Translations under genes and position numbers: made by a program | The notes under the pieces: generated by a model | What the model was told of the DNA's origin: nothing | Seen by the model: only the letters and a program-made list of their open reading frames with translations | Database searches by the model: none | From: a virus | IMG/VR virus record: IMGVR_UViG_3300023112_001138 | Coordinates: 10,147 to 74,146 of that record | Reading direction: 5' to 3' (one strand) | Length of the DNA stretch: 64,000 nucleotides | Part shown: piece after piece, positions 18,875-29,363 of the stretch | Layout: each line of letters begins with the position of its first letter | How positions within the stretch are numbered: the stretch's first letter is position 1

Positions 18875-19273
18875 ATGAAATTAGTATATATAAATAAAAT
18901 AGGTCAAAACTGGAAAGGAAACTACATTTATGAGTTTCTTTTTTCAGATATAATAAAAGATATTGACGGAGAGGGATGGGATTCGTACCCATCTTCAGGT
19001 AACCCTGAACCACCAGAAGTAAAATTTATTAAAGAGACTGGGGTGTTAAATACTACATTAAAACTGGATTTGGTTCAAGAATCCGATTCATTTGCAATGT
19101 GGGACGCAGTTGATGGTGTTGTTTCTATGGCTTGGGAAAATATGGAAGGATATGATGAATATCCAGAAAAAAGATTATTCTTTTCTTTCGGGGAGGATAT
19201 TAAATCAGTAAACGATAAACTATATGAAAAAGATATAGTATTAAACTATAATAAAGAATTAATAAACACATAA
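18875..19273 (+). CDS. Hypothetical protein
   Basis: 132-aa ORF in operon. Confidence 0.75.
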   Translation: MKLVYINKIGQNWKGNYIYEFLFSDIIKDIDGEGWDSYPSSGNPEPPEVKFIKETGVLNTTLKLDLVQESDSFAMWDAVDGVVSMAWENMEGYDEYPEKRLFFSFGEDIKSVNDKLYEKDIVLNYNKELINT

Positions 19274-19274
19274 A

Positions 19275-19793
19275 ATGAAAAAGAAAGTTAAGATATTTGG
19301 TAAGGAAATTAAGCGGGCAACCAGACGTAAATTAATGGAGAATGTTATGGAAAACTGGGAAATGAAGGACACTTACAGTAAAAAGAAATATAAACAAACC
19401 CCTAGAGAAGGTGGTATTGAGAATGTATTTGGTCAATATGCTGAAGATATGGATCCTGCGGTAATTAGATACATGAGAAAAAATCCCGATGCGATTCTAA
19501 GAAGAATGGCTAAGTTGTATCCAGAAATTTATATGAGACACCTACCAGAACAATCACCAGTTATGGATGATTGGGAATTTGAAGAAAAAGGGGTAGACAT
19601 AGTAGATGAAACATACTATGGTTTTGAAAACTCTGGAGATATACCTAGTAATTTCAAACCAGAACAAGATGACACAGTAAAAGTGGGTCCAAATGCAGTT
19701 AAAACAGAAAGTAAGATTAAAACTGTAACAGTTAATGAAATTAAAAAAATGTTAGGTAGAAAATCAAAAAAGAAGAATAAATTTAGAAGATAA
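19275..19793 (+). CDS. Hypothetical protein with basic leader ending LME
   Basis: MKKKVKIFGKEIKRATRRKLMEN; basic C-terminus. Confidence 0.75.
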   Translation: MKKKVKIFGKEIKRATRRKLMENVMENWEMKDTYSKKKYKQTPREGGIENVFGQYAEDMDPAVIRYMRKNPDAILRRMAKLYPEIYMRHLPEQSPVMDDWEFEEKGVDIVDETYYGFENSGDIPSNFKPEQDDTVKVGPNAVKTESKIKTVTVNEIKKMLGRKSKKKNKFRR

Positions 19794-19794
19794 A

Positions 19795-20517
19795 ATGAAA
19801 AAAAAGGATATTATAAAAAGTTTAATATCTGAAAAGTTTGCATCCAAAGCACAACAAGCTTATCTTTATGCAAATGAGCCCGATATTGCAGATGAATTTG
19901 CTTCTACAATGACCGATGAAGATTACGATGAATTACCCCAAAAAGTTAAGAAAAAAAAGAAAGGGAGTAAAAAATCTAAAAAAGAATCCATCAATCCCAG
20001 AATGAAAAAAAATGATTTACTGGAATATATAAAAAATTCATCAGTTAAAAAAAAAAGTAAGATAGTTGAGTCTCGGTATGATTTTCCTTACCTAAGAGAG
20101 GTAGACCCACAAGAACGAAGGGATATAATGAAATACTTTGAGATGATCCGACAAAGTGGGATTGTTAATATGTTTCAATCACCCCCAATACTTAATTGGG
20201 CAAAAGACGATCTACATAGATTTTTATATGGAGAAAGAAATGATCCAGAATCTATTGAGAGGAGTATTGAGGAAGAAGAATATGATAATGAAGATGGGGA
20301 AAATGATACTACTATCTCCATATTAAAGGAAAGGTTAGTAACTATAAACTATTTATTAGATAATAAACAAAAGATTAGAGATATATTAATCCGAGCTGCA
20401 TTTAACAGAATAGATAATACCAATGGTAACCATGAAATGAGAAATGTACAACATATATTCGAAAAGATGGCTAAAGAATCTTGGCAGTTTTGGGTTGGTA
20501 TACAAAGTATAAAATAA
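19795..20517 (+). CDS. Leader-bearing multi-module protein (DUF3008-like and DUF5049-like segments)
   Basis: MKKKDIIKSLISEK; FASKAQQ..LPQKV; EMIRQSGIVNMF. Confidence 0.6.
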   Translation: MKKKDIIKSLISEKFASKAQQAYLYANEPDIADEFASTMTDEDYDELPQKVKKKKKGSKKSKKESINPRMKKNDLLEYIKNSSVKKKSKIVESRYDFPYLREVDPQERRDIMKYFEMIRQSGIVNMFQSPPILNWAKDDLHRFLYGERNDPESIERSIEEEEYDNEDGENDTTISILKERLVTINYLLDNKQKIRDILIRAAFNRIDNTNGNHEMRNVQHIFEKMAKESWQFWVGIQSIK

Positions 20518-20527
20518 AACAATAACT

Positions 20528-21940
20528 ATGAGAAAGAAAATAAATAGAATAAACGAAATTACTAAACTAATAGTAAAGAAACATTTAAGAGAAGCAATAG
20601 AATACGACCCATCTCATAGAGAAAGAATGGATCAAAGTATTGAACAAAGTTTAGGTCAAGACACTCACCCATTTGGTGGTAGTCCTTCATTACCAGGTAC
20701 TGGAACATCTCAAAAATATTCAGAAAAACTTGCTAGTAAAAGATTTAAAGATATTGTTAATATGGTTAAAAGATATCATGGGGTAGAAAATATTGATATG
20801 GGGATGATGAGACAAATGATGCAAATTATGCAACAAGTTGGGGAAATTGAACAATCAAAAAAAGCACAATTAGAGCAGTTGGCAATTGATATAGTAAGTG
20901 AGGAGTTTGATATACCGGAAGATATGTTAAGACCAAATCTAGTTCCACCCGGATCAGAATTAAATTTAGATGATGATAATGAGGAAGAAGGAGAAGAGGG
21001 TGAAGAAGAAGAATTCAAACCTAAAAGTGCTGAAAGAATGAAAGAATTAGATTCTGAAGTTGCTAAAAGAAATTCACTTAATGCTATGATGCAAGGGGCA
21101 GCAAAGAAAGGTCACTATATATTCCATCAAGTTGCTGATGAATTAGATAAGATAGACCCTCGTTTAATGGGTCTTTATGGTAAATTAATGTCATTGGCAG
21201 ATTACCAATATTGGTTAGTTCCAGAAAGTGCTATGGGTAGTGCTATTGGTGGAACAGAAAAAATTAAATGGGAAAAACCAAAAAAACCTGAAGATGAAGA
21301 AGAAGAAGAAACAGGTATAAAGGAAGAGGAAGAACCTATAATAGAAGCTAAAGCGTGGATATTCCCTCTTTTAGTACATGAATTAATCAAAGGGGTTATG
21401 GAGTTAGCTGCAATGGATTGGGGGAGAAAACATATGGATTCCGATGAACTGAAACATGTTATTGGTAGAGCTGATACTATTAGTGGTGAAATATGGGGAA
21501 TGAGATTGGGTCCAGGAATGTGGGAGAAATTTCTTGAATGTATTAATGATGAGGATTATAAGATAAAACATTGGTTATTCCAACAACTATCTCAGTTACC
21601 TGCAGATAAATTTCATAGTTTTATGAAAGAAATACTATCCTCTACTCATGAATGTGAAAAAGTAATTGACCACCTAAGAGAACTACATCAAGAAGATGAA
21701 AATGATAGCTTAGAAGATATTGTAACAGGCGATGAAAATACTTTCGATGCGGGATTAGATGATTTATTAGATGATGTGGGTATTGCACCTTCACCACAAG
21801 AAGATACTCCCGAAGATACGGCAACACCAGAAGATGTCGATTATTCTGAAATGTCAAAATCTGAAATCCAGAAGTTAATAGATGATGCTTTAGATGCGGG
21901 TGATATTGATATGATGGATAAGTTATACAAGTATTTGTAA
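20528..21940 (+). CDS. Hypothetical leader-bearing acidic protein
   Basis: 470 aa; ..IVKKHLREA leader; LLVHELIKGVME, MRLGPGMW. Confidence 0.8.
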   Translation: MRKKINRINEITKLIVKKHLREAIEYDPSHRERMDQSIEQSLGQDTHPFGGSPSLPGTGTSQKYSEKLASKRFKDIVNMVKRYHGVENIDMGMMRQMMQIMQQVGEIEQSKKAQLEQLAIDIVSEEFDIPEDMLRPNLVPPGSELNLDDDNEEEGEEGEEEEFKPKSAERMKELDSEVAKRNSLNAMMQGAAKKGHYIFHQVADELDKIDPRLMGLYGKLMSLADYQYWLVPESAMGSAIGGTEKIKWEKPKKPEDEEEEETGIKEEEEPIIEAKAWIFPLLVHELIKGVMELAAMDWGRKHMDSDELKHVIGRADTISGEIWGMRLGPGMWEKFLECINDEDYKIKHWLFQQLSQLPADKFHSFMKEILSSTHECEKVIDHLRELHQEDENDSLEDIVTGDENTFDAGLDDLLDDVGIAPSPQEDTPEDTATPEDVDYSEMSKSEIQKLIDDALDAGDIDMMDKLYKYL

Positions 21941-21982
21941 ATTTTTAATACTAAAATAAAAAAACTGTAAAGATAATATTAG

Positions 21983-22007
21983 AATCCCATCAAGGTGGGA
22001 TTTTTTT
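21983..22007 (+). terminator. Rho-independent terminator
   Basis: aatcccat...gtgggatt hairpin plus T7. Confidence 0.75.
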
Positions 22008-22055
22008 ATATACATAAGATATTTATATAAAAAATAGATAGGATACCCCAAAGGT

Positions 22056-23177
22056 GTGAAATTAACATTTAAAAATATAATTACAGAAGATATTAGGAAA
22101 TCCCCTAAACTAGAGAATGCCATTTTTAAATTTCTTAAAAGGAAGGACGTTTGGCGAGGGAGAACAGAAGACGAAGATAAAAGTAGTTTGCAAGCTTCTG
22201 ATGATGTAGAAAAAACATTTGGTTTGGATGAATGGGATGCTAAGTTTTTTACATTTAAATGGTTAGTTAATAATGGTTACGACACTCTAGATAGTGATGG
22301 TGAGATTGATTATTGGGTTAAAAGTACTGATGACAAATATCAATTTTTAAAAGATACTGGATGGTGGGGTAAATTTTATAAACCATATAAATTTATAGAT
22401 GTAGTAGAGAAGGGTGAAGGTAATCAAAAATTTATCCTTGTAGATTCTTATTATGAATTTAAACCATTATTTGATAATGAATGGATAAGTGATGCAATTT
22501 TTGGTGGCGATTATGTTGAGATATTTGGGTGGTATAACTACCCGCTAGAAGAAATGTGGGATAGCCTTGATGATAAAGGGTTACAATCTATAATAGAAGT
22601 TCTCCCTTCATATACATCCGAAGATGATTTATTTCATAACGCCCCTGAATCGTTTTTAGATGTAGTTGACCCAGATACCGGTAGTATCCCAATGGATAGA
22701 AGAACAATAAATTTTATTAAAGATGGGGATACCTCTTCATTACTTTATGATTTGATTAATGAGTTAGATGAATTTGATGAATTAAAAAGTGATATGGTAA
22801 ATCTTTATAATGTAGCATATAATGATGCTGCACATTCAGAATTATTCAAGGGTGCAATGTCAGAGTTGGAAAGTTTTTTCGGGGGCAACCCAAAATGGGT
22901 GCAGGTTCCGGGTCCAGATAAAAATAATGAGTTAAATATGTTAGAAATCCCCATCAAACAAGAAGATTATGACAATTTATATAAAGAATGGTTGGACACC
23001 TTTTCAGATTTCCCAGAACATTCTTATTCAGAGTATATAGAATCGTGGGGAGAGGTATTAAGAGAAAGTGGGGATGAGCTGAGATTTCCTGACTTACAAT
23101 ATTTTTATCCAGACCATAATATAGTGAATGATTATTTTAATGATTCATTACGAGATAATTTATATGGTGGTAACTAA
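22056..23177 (+). CDS. Hypothetical leader-bearing acidic/aromatic protein
   Basis: GTG start, KLTFKNIITED; late motif at 22019. Confidence 0.75.
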   Translation: MKLTFKNIITEDIRKSPKLENAIFKFLKRKDVWRGRTEDEDKSSLQASDDVEKTFGLDEWDAKFFTFKWLVNNGYDTLDSDGEIDYWVKSTDDKYQFLKDTGWWGKFYKPYKFIDVVEKGEGNQKFILVDSYYEFKPLFDNEWISDAIFGGDYVEIFGWYNYPLEEMWDSLDDKGLQSIIEVLPSYTSEDDLFHNAPESFLDVVDPDTGSIPMDRRTINFIKDGDTSSLLYDLINELDEFDELKSDMVNLYNVAYNDAAHSELFKGAMSELESFFGGNPKWVQVPGPDKNNELNMLEIPIKQEDYDNLYKEWLDTFSDFPEHSYSEYIESWGEVLRESGDELRFPDLQYFYPDHNIVNDYFNDSLRDNLYGGN

Positions 23178-23188
23178 TATTTATTAAT

Positions 23189-24034
23189 ATGAAGATTATA
23201 ATAACAGAGTCACAACATAGGAGAATAGTAAAGGAAGAAACCAAACAGATGGAATTGGCCAATAAAGTAAAACAAGGGTTGTCAAGTGCAGACCTAAAAA
23301 CAACTATGTATGAAATCACTACCTTATATTCATATAGTGAAGAAGAAATTATTAATAATTCAGTGTTAATGGAGTTAGTTAAAGAGAAAATGTTAAAAGA
23401 AATAAAGGATAATTACTATATATCTAAAGATTTAAGAGATAAGTATGGAAACTATTTTGGTTTGGTTGGGCAAAGCGCAGCTAAAGAAATCGTTCAAGGT
23501 GGGTCAAACCCTTATTCTAAGTTTTTGCAATTAGATGCGGTTTTAAAAACTATACCCCGTGGTTATTCTATAACAGAATCAAGTATAGAGATAGTAAAAG
23601 AAATGAGAGATGGGTTAACTTATGATGCGATACAATATCTTTTTGATAACTTTGAAGTCGCTGGTGCAATTAAAAGGGCATCAATTATGAAAGATAGGTC
23701 GGGTAATTATGATGAAATATACCCCTACGTTAAAGAATGGGCGATTAAACATGGTATAACCTTATTTGAGAAACATAGGGGATTAACATTTATAAAGAAA
23801 GATGGTATGATGCAGTCTTTGGTTAACTACCTAAAGGATGTTAACCCCAAAACGAAGTCGGGATTTTTGGATTATATTAACTCCAGGGGGAGATCAACAG
23901 GTCAACATGCGTATTTTTGGAAAGCAGCCCAAGAATCTGGAATTATTACCCCTGTTAGAAATGGTAGACAGATTACCTATCAGTTAGGTCCCAATTATGA
24001 AGCTTGGAAAAACGATAATTTAGTTGCATTTTAA
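23189..24034 (+). CDS. Leader-bearing protein, possible C-terminal winged helix
   Basis: MKIIITESQHRRIVKEE; ..AAQESGIITPVRNGRQITYQLG. Confidence 0.7.
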   Translation: MKIIITESQHRRIVKEETKQMELANKVKQGLSSADLKTTMYEITTLYSYSEEEIINNSVLMELVKEKMLKEIKDNYYISKDLRDKYGNYFGLVGQSAAKEIVQGGSNPYSKFLQLDAVLKTIPRGYSITESSIEIVKEMRDGLTYDAIQYLFDNFEVAGAIKRASIMKDRSGNYDEIYPYVKEWAIKHGITLFEKHRGLTFIKKDGMMQSLVNYLKDVNPKTKSGFLDYINSRGRSTGQHAYFWKAAQESGIITPVRNGRQITYQLGPNYEAWKNDNLVAF

Positions 24035-24076
24035 TAGTTTTATTCACATTTTTATATTTATTAGTAAACTAACCTT

Positions 24077-25873
24077 ATGGATAGAGCAGAAAAATTAAAA
24101 ATATACGCACGTTGTTTAGGTGACCCTACATATGCAATTGAAACGTTTTTGAAAACATATGATTTAACACAAAAAGGATTTGTTCCCTTTAAGTTATATA
24201 TTAAACAAAAAAAAATAATAGAATCATATGAAAACCACAATAGAAATATTGTTACTAAACCTCGTCAGGCAGGTGTATCTACTACTACTGCTGCATATAT
24301 CGCAGTAAAAATTGCTTTCGGTGACCCTAATAACCCTTGGAAAGTATTGGTATTAGCAAATAAACAAACTTTAGCCCAAGAATTTCTTAAAAAAATAAAA
24401 GATTTTTTAGATCAAATGCCTGCATGGGTATGGGGAGTAAAAGAAGGTGACTCATATTTAGATATTGAAGCTAAGGGACATATAAAAACAAAGGGCACAA
24501 AATGTGAGGTTAAAGCTTTGGCAACATCTAAAGATGCTCTTAGGGGGTATACCCCTACATTCTTAATAATGGATGAAGCTGCGTTTATCGATAATGGTGC
24601 TGAGGTATTTGGTGCTGCATTAACCTCTTTGGGTACTGGTGGTAAGGTAACGTTAATATCAACACCTAATGGGCAAGATGCGTTATATTATAGAACGTAT
24701 GACGGTGCAAAGAAAGGGGACAATAATTTTAAAATTATTGAAATGAGGTGGCATGAAGATATAAGATATAATAGAAATTTAAGGTGGTTAAGGGGTGAGG
24801 AAGAAATAATTGTTTGTGAAAGTATCGGTAGAGAAAAATTAAGATGGGAATATAGTGGTAACACATATGAAACTGATAGTATCCACATAGATGATTACAC
24901 TATAATGGTTAAAGATGGATGGAAAGCATCCTCCCCATGGTATGAAGAAATGTGTAGGGATATGAATGGGGATAAAAAACAAATAGCCCAAGAATTAGAT
25001 GTGTCATTTGTTAGTTCTGGTGGTAACGTTATAGATGATGAATATATCGAATACCAAAACGATAATTATGTTAAAGAACCAAAATATATGGCAGAAATGG
25101 AAAAATCTATGTGGATATGGAAAGAACCAGAAGAGGGTCATAAATATATTATGGGTGTGGATGTATCTAGAGGAGATGGAAAAGATAGTTCCACTATAGT
25201 AATATTAGATTTTGATGGTTTAGAACAGGTTGCAGAATTTCAATATAAACTACCACCTGATTTATTAGCGGAAATAGTTTATAAGTATGGTAATCTTTAT
25301 CAAGCATATACTGTTGTAGATATAACTGGTGGTATGGGGGTTTCTACAGTAATGAAACTTCTAGAAATGGGTTATAAATATCTTCATTATGATGACCCTA
25401 AAAGTAGAAGCTTAAGTGAAAAATACGCAAAAAGTGTATATAAACAAGGTGATAAGGTTCCAGGTTATAATGTAGGGAACACAAGGTTACAAATGGTTAG
25501 TGATTTAGAAGAGCATGTAAGAGAAAGTAAAACAATTATTAGATCAGTTAGATTGATTTCTGAATTAAAGACTTTTGTGTATAGAAATGGTAGGCCAGAT
25601 CATATGGATGGGTATCATGATGATATAATTATGGCATTGGCAATGCCAATATTTATTGTACAAACAACATTTAAAAAATTAAAAGCCATAGAAAAACAAA
25701 CAAAAGCAATGTTAGATAGTTGGGTTACTGTGTCTAGTGGTAATGAAACAGATAAAATAGATAAACCCCACGTTAACCCTTTTTATACTAACACCCCAAC
25801 GTATCACCCAAAAGAGGCATCTAACGGAAATAATGATAAAGGTGAATTTAATTGGTTATTTGGGATTAGATAA
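24077..25873 (+). CDS. terL: Terminase large subunit (T4 gp17-like)
   Basis: KPRQAGVST, LIMDEAAF Walker B, ISTPNG, AQEL, MGVDVSRGDG, HDDIIMALA. Confidence 0.95.
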   Translation: MDRAEKLKIYARCLGDPTYAIETFLKTYDLTQKGFVPFKLYIKQKKIIESYENHNRNIVTKPRQAGVSTTTAAYIAVKIAFGDPNNPWKVLVLANKQTLAQEFLKKIKDFLDQMPAWVWGVKEGDSYLDIEAKGHIKTKGTKCEVKALATSKDALRGYTPTFLIMDEAAFIDNGAEVFGAALTSLGTGGKVTLISTPNGQDALYYRTYDGAKKGDNNFKIIEMRWHEDIRYNRNLRWLRGEEEIIVCESIGREKLRWEYSGNTYETDSIHIDDYTIMVKDGWKASSPWYEEMCRDMNGDKKQIAQELDVSFVSSGGNVIDDEYIEYQNDNYVKEPKYMAEMEKSMWIWKEPEEGHKYIMGVDVSRGDGKDSSTIVILDFDGLEQVAEFQYKLPPDLLAEIVYKYGNLYQAYTVVDITGGMGVSTVMKLLEMGYKYLHYDDPKSRSLSEKYAKSVYKQGDKVPGYNVGNTRLQMVSDLEEHVRESKTIIRSVRLISELKTFVYRNGRPDHMDGYHDDIIMALAMPIFIVQTTFKKLKAIEKQTKAMLDSWVTVSSGNETDKIDKPHVNPFYTNTPTYHPKEASNGNNDKGEFNWLFGIR

Positions 25874-25926
25874 TATTTATTTTTAATAGATATTTATTAT
25901 AATGGTAAAACAATATATAAGATAAG

Positions 25927-27864
25927 ATGGCAAAAAAAACAATATTTCAACAGTTAGGAGACTTATTTGGTCCTGAGATAAGTCAGAAACAAAGTAAATC
26001 CAGATATTCATTAGGTAATGAAGAATTACTTAAAACACAATCTAAAGAAGAATACGATCATAAAAAGTTGCAAATGCAACAAAATAAATATCTTTCTGAT
26101 ATGTGGTCTAAGGTTGATAATGAGATATATCAGCACTCGATATATTATGAAACTACACGATTAGCTTCATATGCAGATTTTGAAGGGATGGAATTTTTCC
26201 CAGAGATAGCAGCGGCATTAGACATTTTTATGGAAGAATCTACAACTCAAAACGGGGAAGGTAGAATTTTAAACATATTTTCAGAAAGTAAAAGAGTTAA
26301 AAGAATATTACAAGACCTATTTTTTAATAGGTTAGATATACACACAAATTTACCTATGTGGGTAAGAAACACATGTAAATACGGTGACAATTTTTTATTT
26401 TTAAATATAGATGGTGAAGAAGGTATAACCAACGTAAAACAATTACCCAATATAGAAGTAAGTAGAAAAGAGAATGATGGGTTCGGTGAAAATTCTAGTC
26501 TTGAAACTGAGGATAAATTTAACCCAGTTAAATTTGTATGGAGTAATAAGGATATAGAATTTAATGCTTGGCAAATAGCACATTTTAGATTATTGGGTGA
26601 TGATAGGAGATTACCTTATGGTACGTCAGTATTAGAAAAAGCGAGAAGAATTTGGAAACAATTACTTCTATCTGAAGATGCAATGTTAATATATAGAGTA
26701 ACTAGGGCACCAGAAAGAAGGATATTTAAAATATTTGTTGGTAATATCGATGAGGCAGATGTTCCAGCATATATTAATAAAATTGCAGATAACTTTAAAA
26801 GAAGTCCAGTTATAGATCAAAAAACAGGTCAAATAGATACTAGATATAATCAAATGGCTCAAGATCAGGATTATTTTATACCTGTTAGAGACCCTAACGC
26901 CCCTAGCCCCATAGATACTCTTCCTGGTGCAACTAACTTATCAGAAATTGCAGATATACAATACCTACAGAAAAAATTGTTTACAGCTCTTAGAGTACCT
27001 AAACCATTTTTGGGTTTCGAGGAGGTGACTGGTGAAGGTAAAAATTTAGCACTACAAGATATTAGATTTTCAAGGACAATAAATAGAGTACAACAATCGA
27101 TAATACAAGAATTAAATAAAATCGCAATTATTCATTTATATGTTTTAGGATTAGAAGATGAATTAGAAAACTTTACGTTGTCACTTAACAACCCTTCTAC
27201 TCAAGCGGATATGTTAAAAACTGAACAAACTCAATTGAAGGTAACTCTTTATAAGGATGCAGTATCAGATGCAGGTAACGGTTTTGGTGCGTATTCTATG
27301 ACTAGAGCTAAAAGAGATATTTTAGGGATGAGTGAAGAAGAAATAAGAAATGATTTAGAACAACAAAGAATGGAAAAAGCTGCATCTGCAGAAATGGAAC
27401 AAACTTCTACTATAATTAAGAAGACTGGTATATTTGATAGGGTAGATACTTTATATGGTGAATTCGGTACAACACCAACTAACGCAGCTGGTGAAGAAGG
27501 TGGTGATGACATGTCCGGTGGAGATGAATCATTCGGTGGTGGGTCAGACTTTGGTGGTGGCGGGTCAGACTTTGGTGCTGAAATGGAAGGTGGTGCAACC
27601 GCAGAAGCGGGAGCTGAAGCTGGTGCAGCAGAAGCACCGGTAGAATCTACAAATAAGAAAGGTGATTTAATAGTAGAGGAAAATAAATCCAAACTAACTA
27701 ATAAAACCAAAAAATATCAAAACATTTATTTAAAAAGATTAATTGAGAGTATAGATAACGATCAAAACATAATTAATGTGGATAATGGTGTAGAAAGCAT
27801 AAATTCTAAGATCGAACAAATGTCAAAAGAGATAGATGGTTTAATACGAGACGAAGAAAAATAG
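25927..27864 (+). CDS. Portal protein (T4 gp20-like)
   Basis: PEIAAALDI, EDAMLIYRVTRAPERRIF, IDTLPGATNL, DIQYLQKKLFTALRVP, DIRFSRTINR. Confidence 0.95.
   Translation: MAKKTIFQQLGDLFGPEISQKQSKSRYSLGNEELLKTQSKEEYDHKKLQMQQNKYLSDMWSKVDNEIYQHSIYYETTRLASYADFEGMEFFPEIAAALDIFMEESTTQNGEGRILNIFSESKRVKRILQDLFFNRLDIHTNLPMWVRNTCKYGDNFLFLNIDGEEGITNVKQLPNIEVSRKENDGFGENSSLETEDKFNPVKFVWSNKDIEFNAWQIAHFRLLGDDRRLPYGTSVLEKARRIWKQLLLSEDAMLIYRVTRAPERRIFKIFVGNIDEADVPAYINKIADNFKRSPVIDQKTGQIDTRYNQMAQDQDYFIPVRDPNAPSPIDTLPGATNLSEIADIQYLQKKLFTALRVPKPFLGFEEVTGEGKNLALQDIRFSRTINRVQQSIIQELNKIAIIHLYVLGLEDELENFTLSLNNPSTQADMLKTEQTQLKVTLYKDAVSDAGNGFGAYSMTRAKRDILGMSEEEIRNDLEQQRMEKAASAEMEQTSTIIKKTGIFDRVDTLYGEFGTTPTNAAGEEGGDDMSGGDESFGGGSDFGGGGSDFGAEMEGGATAEAGAEAGAAEAPVESTNKKGDLIVEENKSKLTNKTKKYQNIYLKRLIESIDNDQNIINVDNGVESINSKIEQMSKEIDGLIRDEEK
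27541..27577 (+). repeat. 16-bp direct repeat, 21-bp period (GSDFG x2) in the portal Gly-rich tail
   Basis: gggtcagactttggtg occurs twice. Confidence 0.8.
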
Positions 27865-27904
27865 ACCTTTTTATAAAATCTTAATATTTATTAATAAAAA
27901 AAGT

Positions 27905-28678
27905 ATGAATAACTTTGGAAAAATAAAAGATACCTTTAACTTAATTCTAACAGAATCTATCATTAAAAAAGATAGTGAAGGTAAAAAATTATTTATTAGT
28001 TACTTGAAAGAACTAAAAGAAAACAAATCATTAAAATCACAATTTTTACTATATAAGAATTTAAGTGATAAAAAATTTATTAATGAGTCTGATGCCAAAT
28101 ACTATATTAAAGAAAATATCGAACTATTAAAAAAATTAGATAAAAAAGAAATTAATAGTGGGTCAAAAAAATTAGTATCTTTATTAGAGGGTAAAGAATT
28201 AGTTAAAGAAAATATAGAATTATATAACCATATTAATGTATTAGTAGAAACTAAAAAAACAGCTTCCTCTATAGATAAAATTCAAGAGTCAATTAATTTC
28301 ATCACAAGAAAGATGATGGAAGTAGATGAAGAAGAAGTTGAACAATATGAATCTCTAAATTTACCACCTAGTGTATTAACTAAATTGGCAATTAATAGAT
28401 TTAATTTAAAATATTCAGATATTACAGAAAGTGAAAAAAAAATAATCAAATCAGTTTTAAACGGCACAGATGAAAACAAAGAAGATGTGTACGTAAACCT
28501 TAAAAAAGAATGTATTGATTTAATCGATAGTAAATTAAATGAAAATACTGATTTGGATATGAAAGATAAGTTACTCAGAGTAAAAGACAAACTATTGAGT
28601 ATGGCTTATAATCCAGATGAATATGTTGGTGACATCGATAAGGTTTACCAACTTAAACAATCAGTGGCCACTGATTAG
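27905..28678 (+). CDS. Putative prohead-core helical protein
   Basis: Between portal and protease; late motif at 27884; K/E-rich; ILTES. Confidence 0.6.
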   Translation: MNNFGKIKDTFNLILTESIIKKDSEGKKLFISYLKELKENKSLKSQFLLYKNLSDKKFINESDAKYYIKENIELLKKLDKKEINSGSKKLVSLLEGKELVKENIELYNHINVLVETKKTASSIDKIQESINFITRKMMEVDEEEVEQYESLNLPPSVLTKLAINRFNLKYSDITESEKKIIKSVLNGTDENKEDVYVNLKKECIDLIDSKLNENTDLDMKDKLLRVKDKLLSMAYNPDEYVGDIDKVYQLKQSVATD

Positions 28679-28708
28679 AACCAATAACAATTATATAAAA
28701 ACGTGATT

Positions 28709-29110
28709 ATGAAACAATTAATTTTAATGTTTGCGCTATTTGTTTGTTCTTTTGCAGGTTTTTCTCAAGAAAAGGGATCAACTCAATTAAGTACTTTATC
28801 AATATCTTCAACAGAAAATGTTATTAATGTTTCCTCTCCTAGTATTACTCATTTTTTCTTTGAAAATGTGGGAATTACTTTAGGTATGGCAAACTTTGAT
28901 GATATCAATGTTGGTGCGAGGTATTATGTTAAAGATAACAATTTTGCATTCGCTGGTTATGGTACCAGTTCAGAATCTTTTGATTTAGGTCTAGGTAAGA
29001 CCTATAAATGGAAAGATCATGTAAACATAGAACCAAGATTAACCCTTTCGGATGTTTTAAACGATGAAAGAAATCTAGGTCTAAGTATACATTTAAACTT
29101 AGTATTTTAA
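28709..29110 (+). CDS. Small outer-membrane beta-barrel-like protein
   Basis: Signal peptide MKQLILMFALFVCSFAGFSQ; alternating beta-strands; C-terminal ..LSIHLNLVF (terminal Phe). Confidence 0.7.
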   Translation: MKQLILMFALFVCSFAGFSQEKGSTQLSTLSISSTENVINVSSPSITHFFFENVGITLGMANFDDINVGARYYVKDNNFAFAGYGTSSESFDLGLGKTYKWKDHVNIEPRLTLSDVLNDERNLGLSIHLNLVF

Positions 29111-29138
29111 CCAATAACAAAAATTAAAAAACAAAATT

Positions 29139-29363
29139 ATGGAAAAGATATTTGGAAGTATCAAAACATTTTTCTCTGGAGTTACGGATCTCTTAATGAC
29201 ATTCTTAACTGTAGGTATCTTAGTACAAGTACTCTTCGGTGAAGCAGTATTTGGAATGGATGTAGTAGGTAATGTTACCGCTCTAATTGAATCTTTAGGA
29301 AACTCAGGATTCGTTGGACTGTTAGCAGTTGTCTTACTAGTGAAATTGTTAGATAAAAAATAG
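29139..29363 (+). CDS. Small two-TM membrane protein
   Basis: Two hydrophobic helices (LLMTFLTVGILVQVLFG; GFVGLLAVVLLVKLL). Confidence 0.75.
   Translation: MEKIFGSIKTFFSGVTDLLMTFLTVGILVQVLFGEAVFGMDVVGNVTALIESLGNSGFVGLLAVVLLVKLLDKK

Noticed and set aside
20528-21940. Second zinc metallopeptidase (HELIK)
   Set aside because: Motif is HExxK with no second His, so the activity cannot be supported
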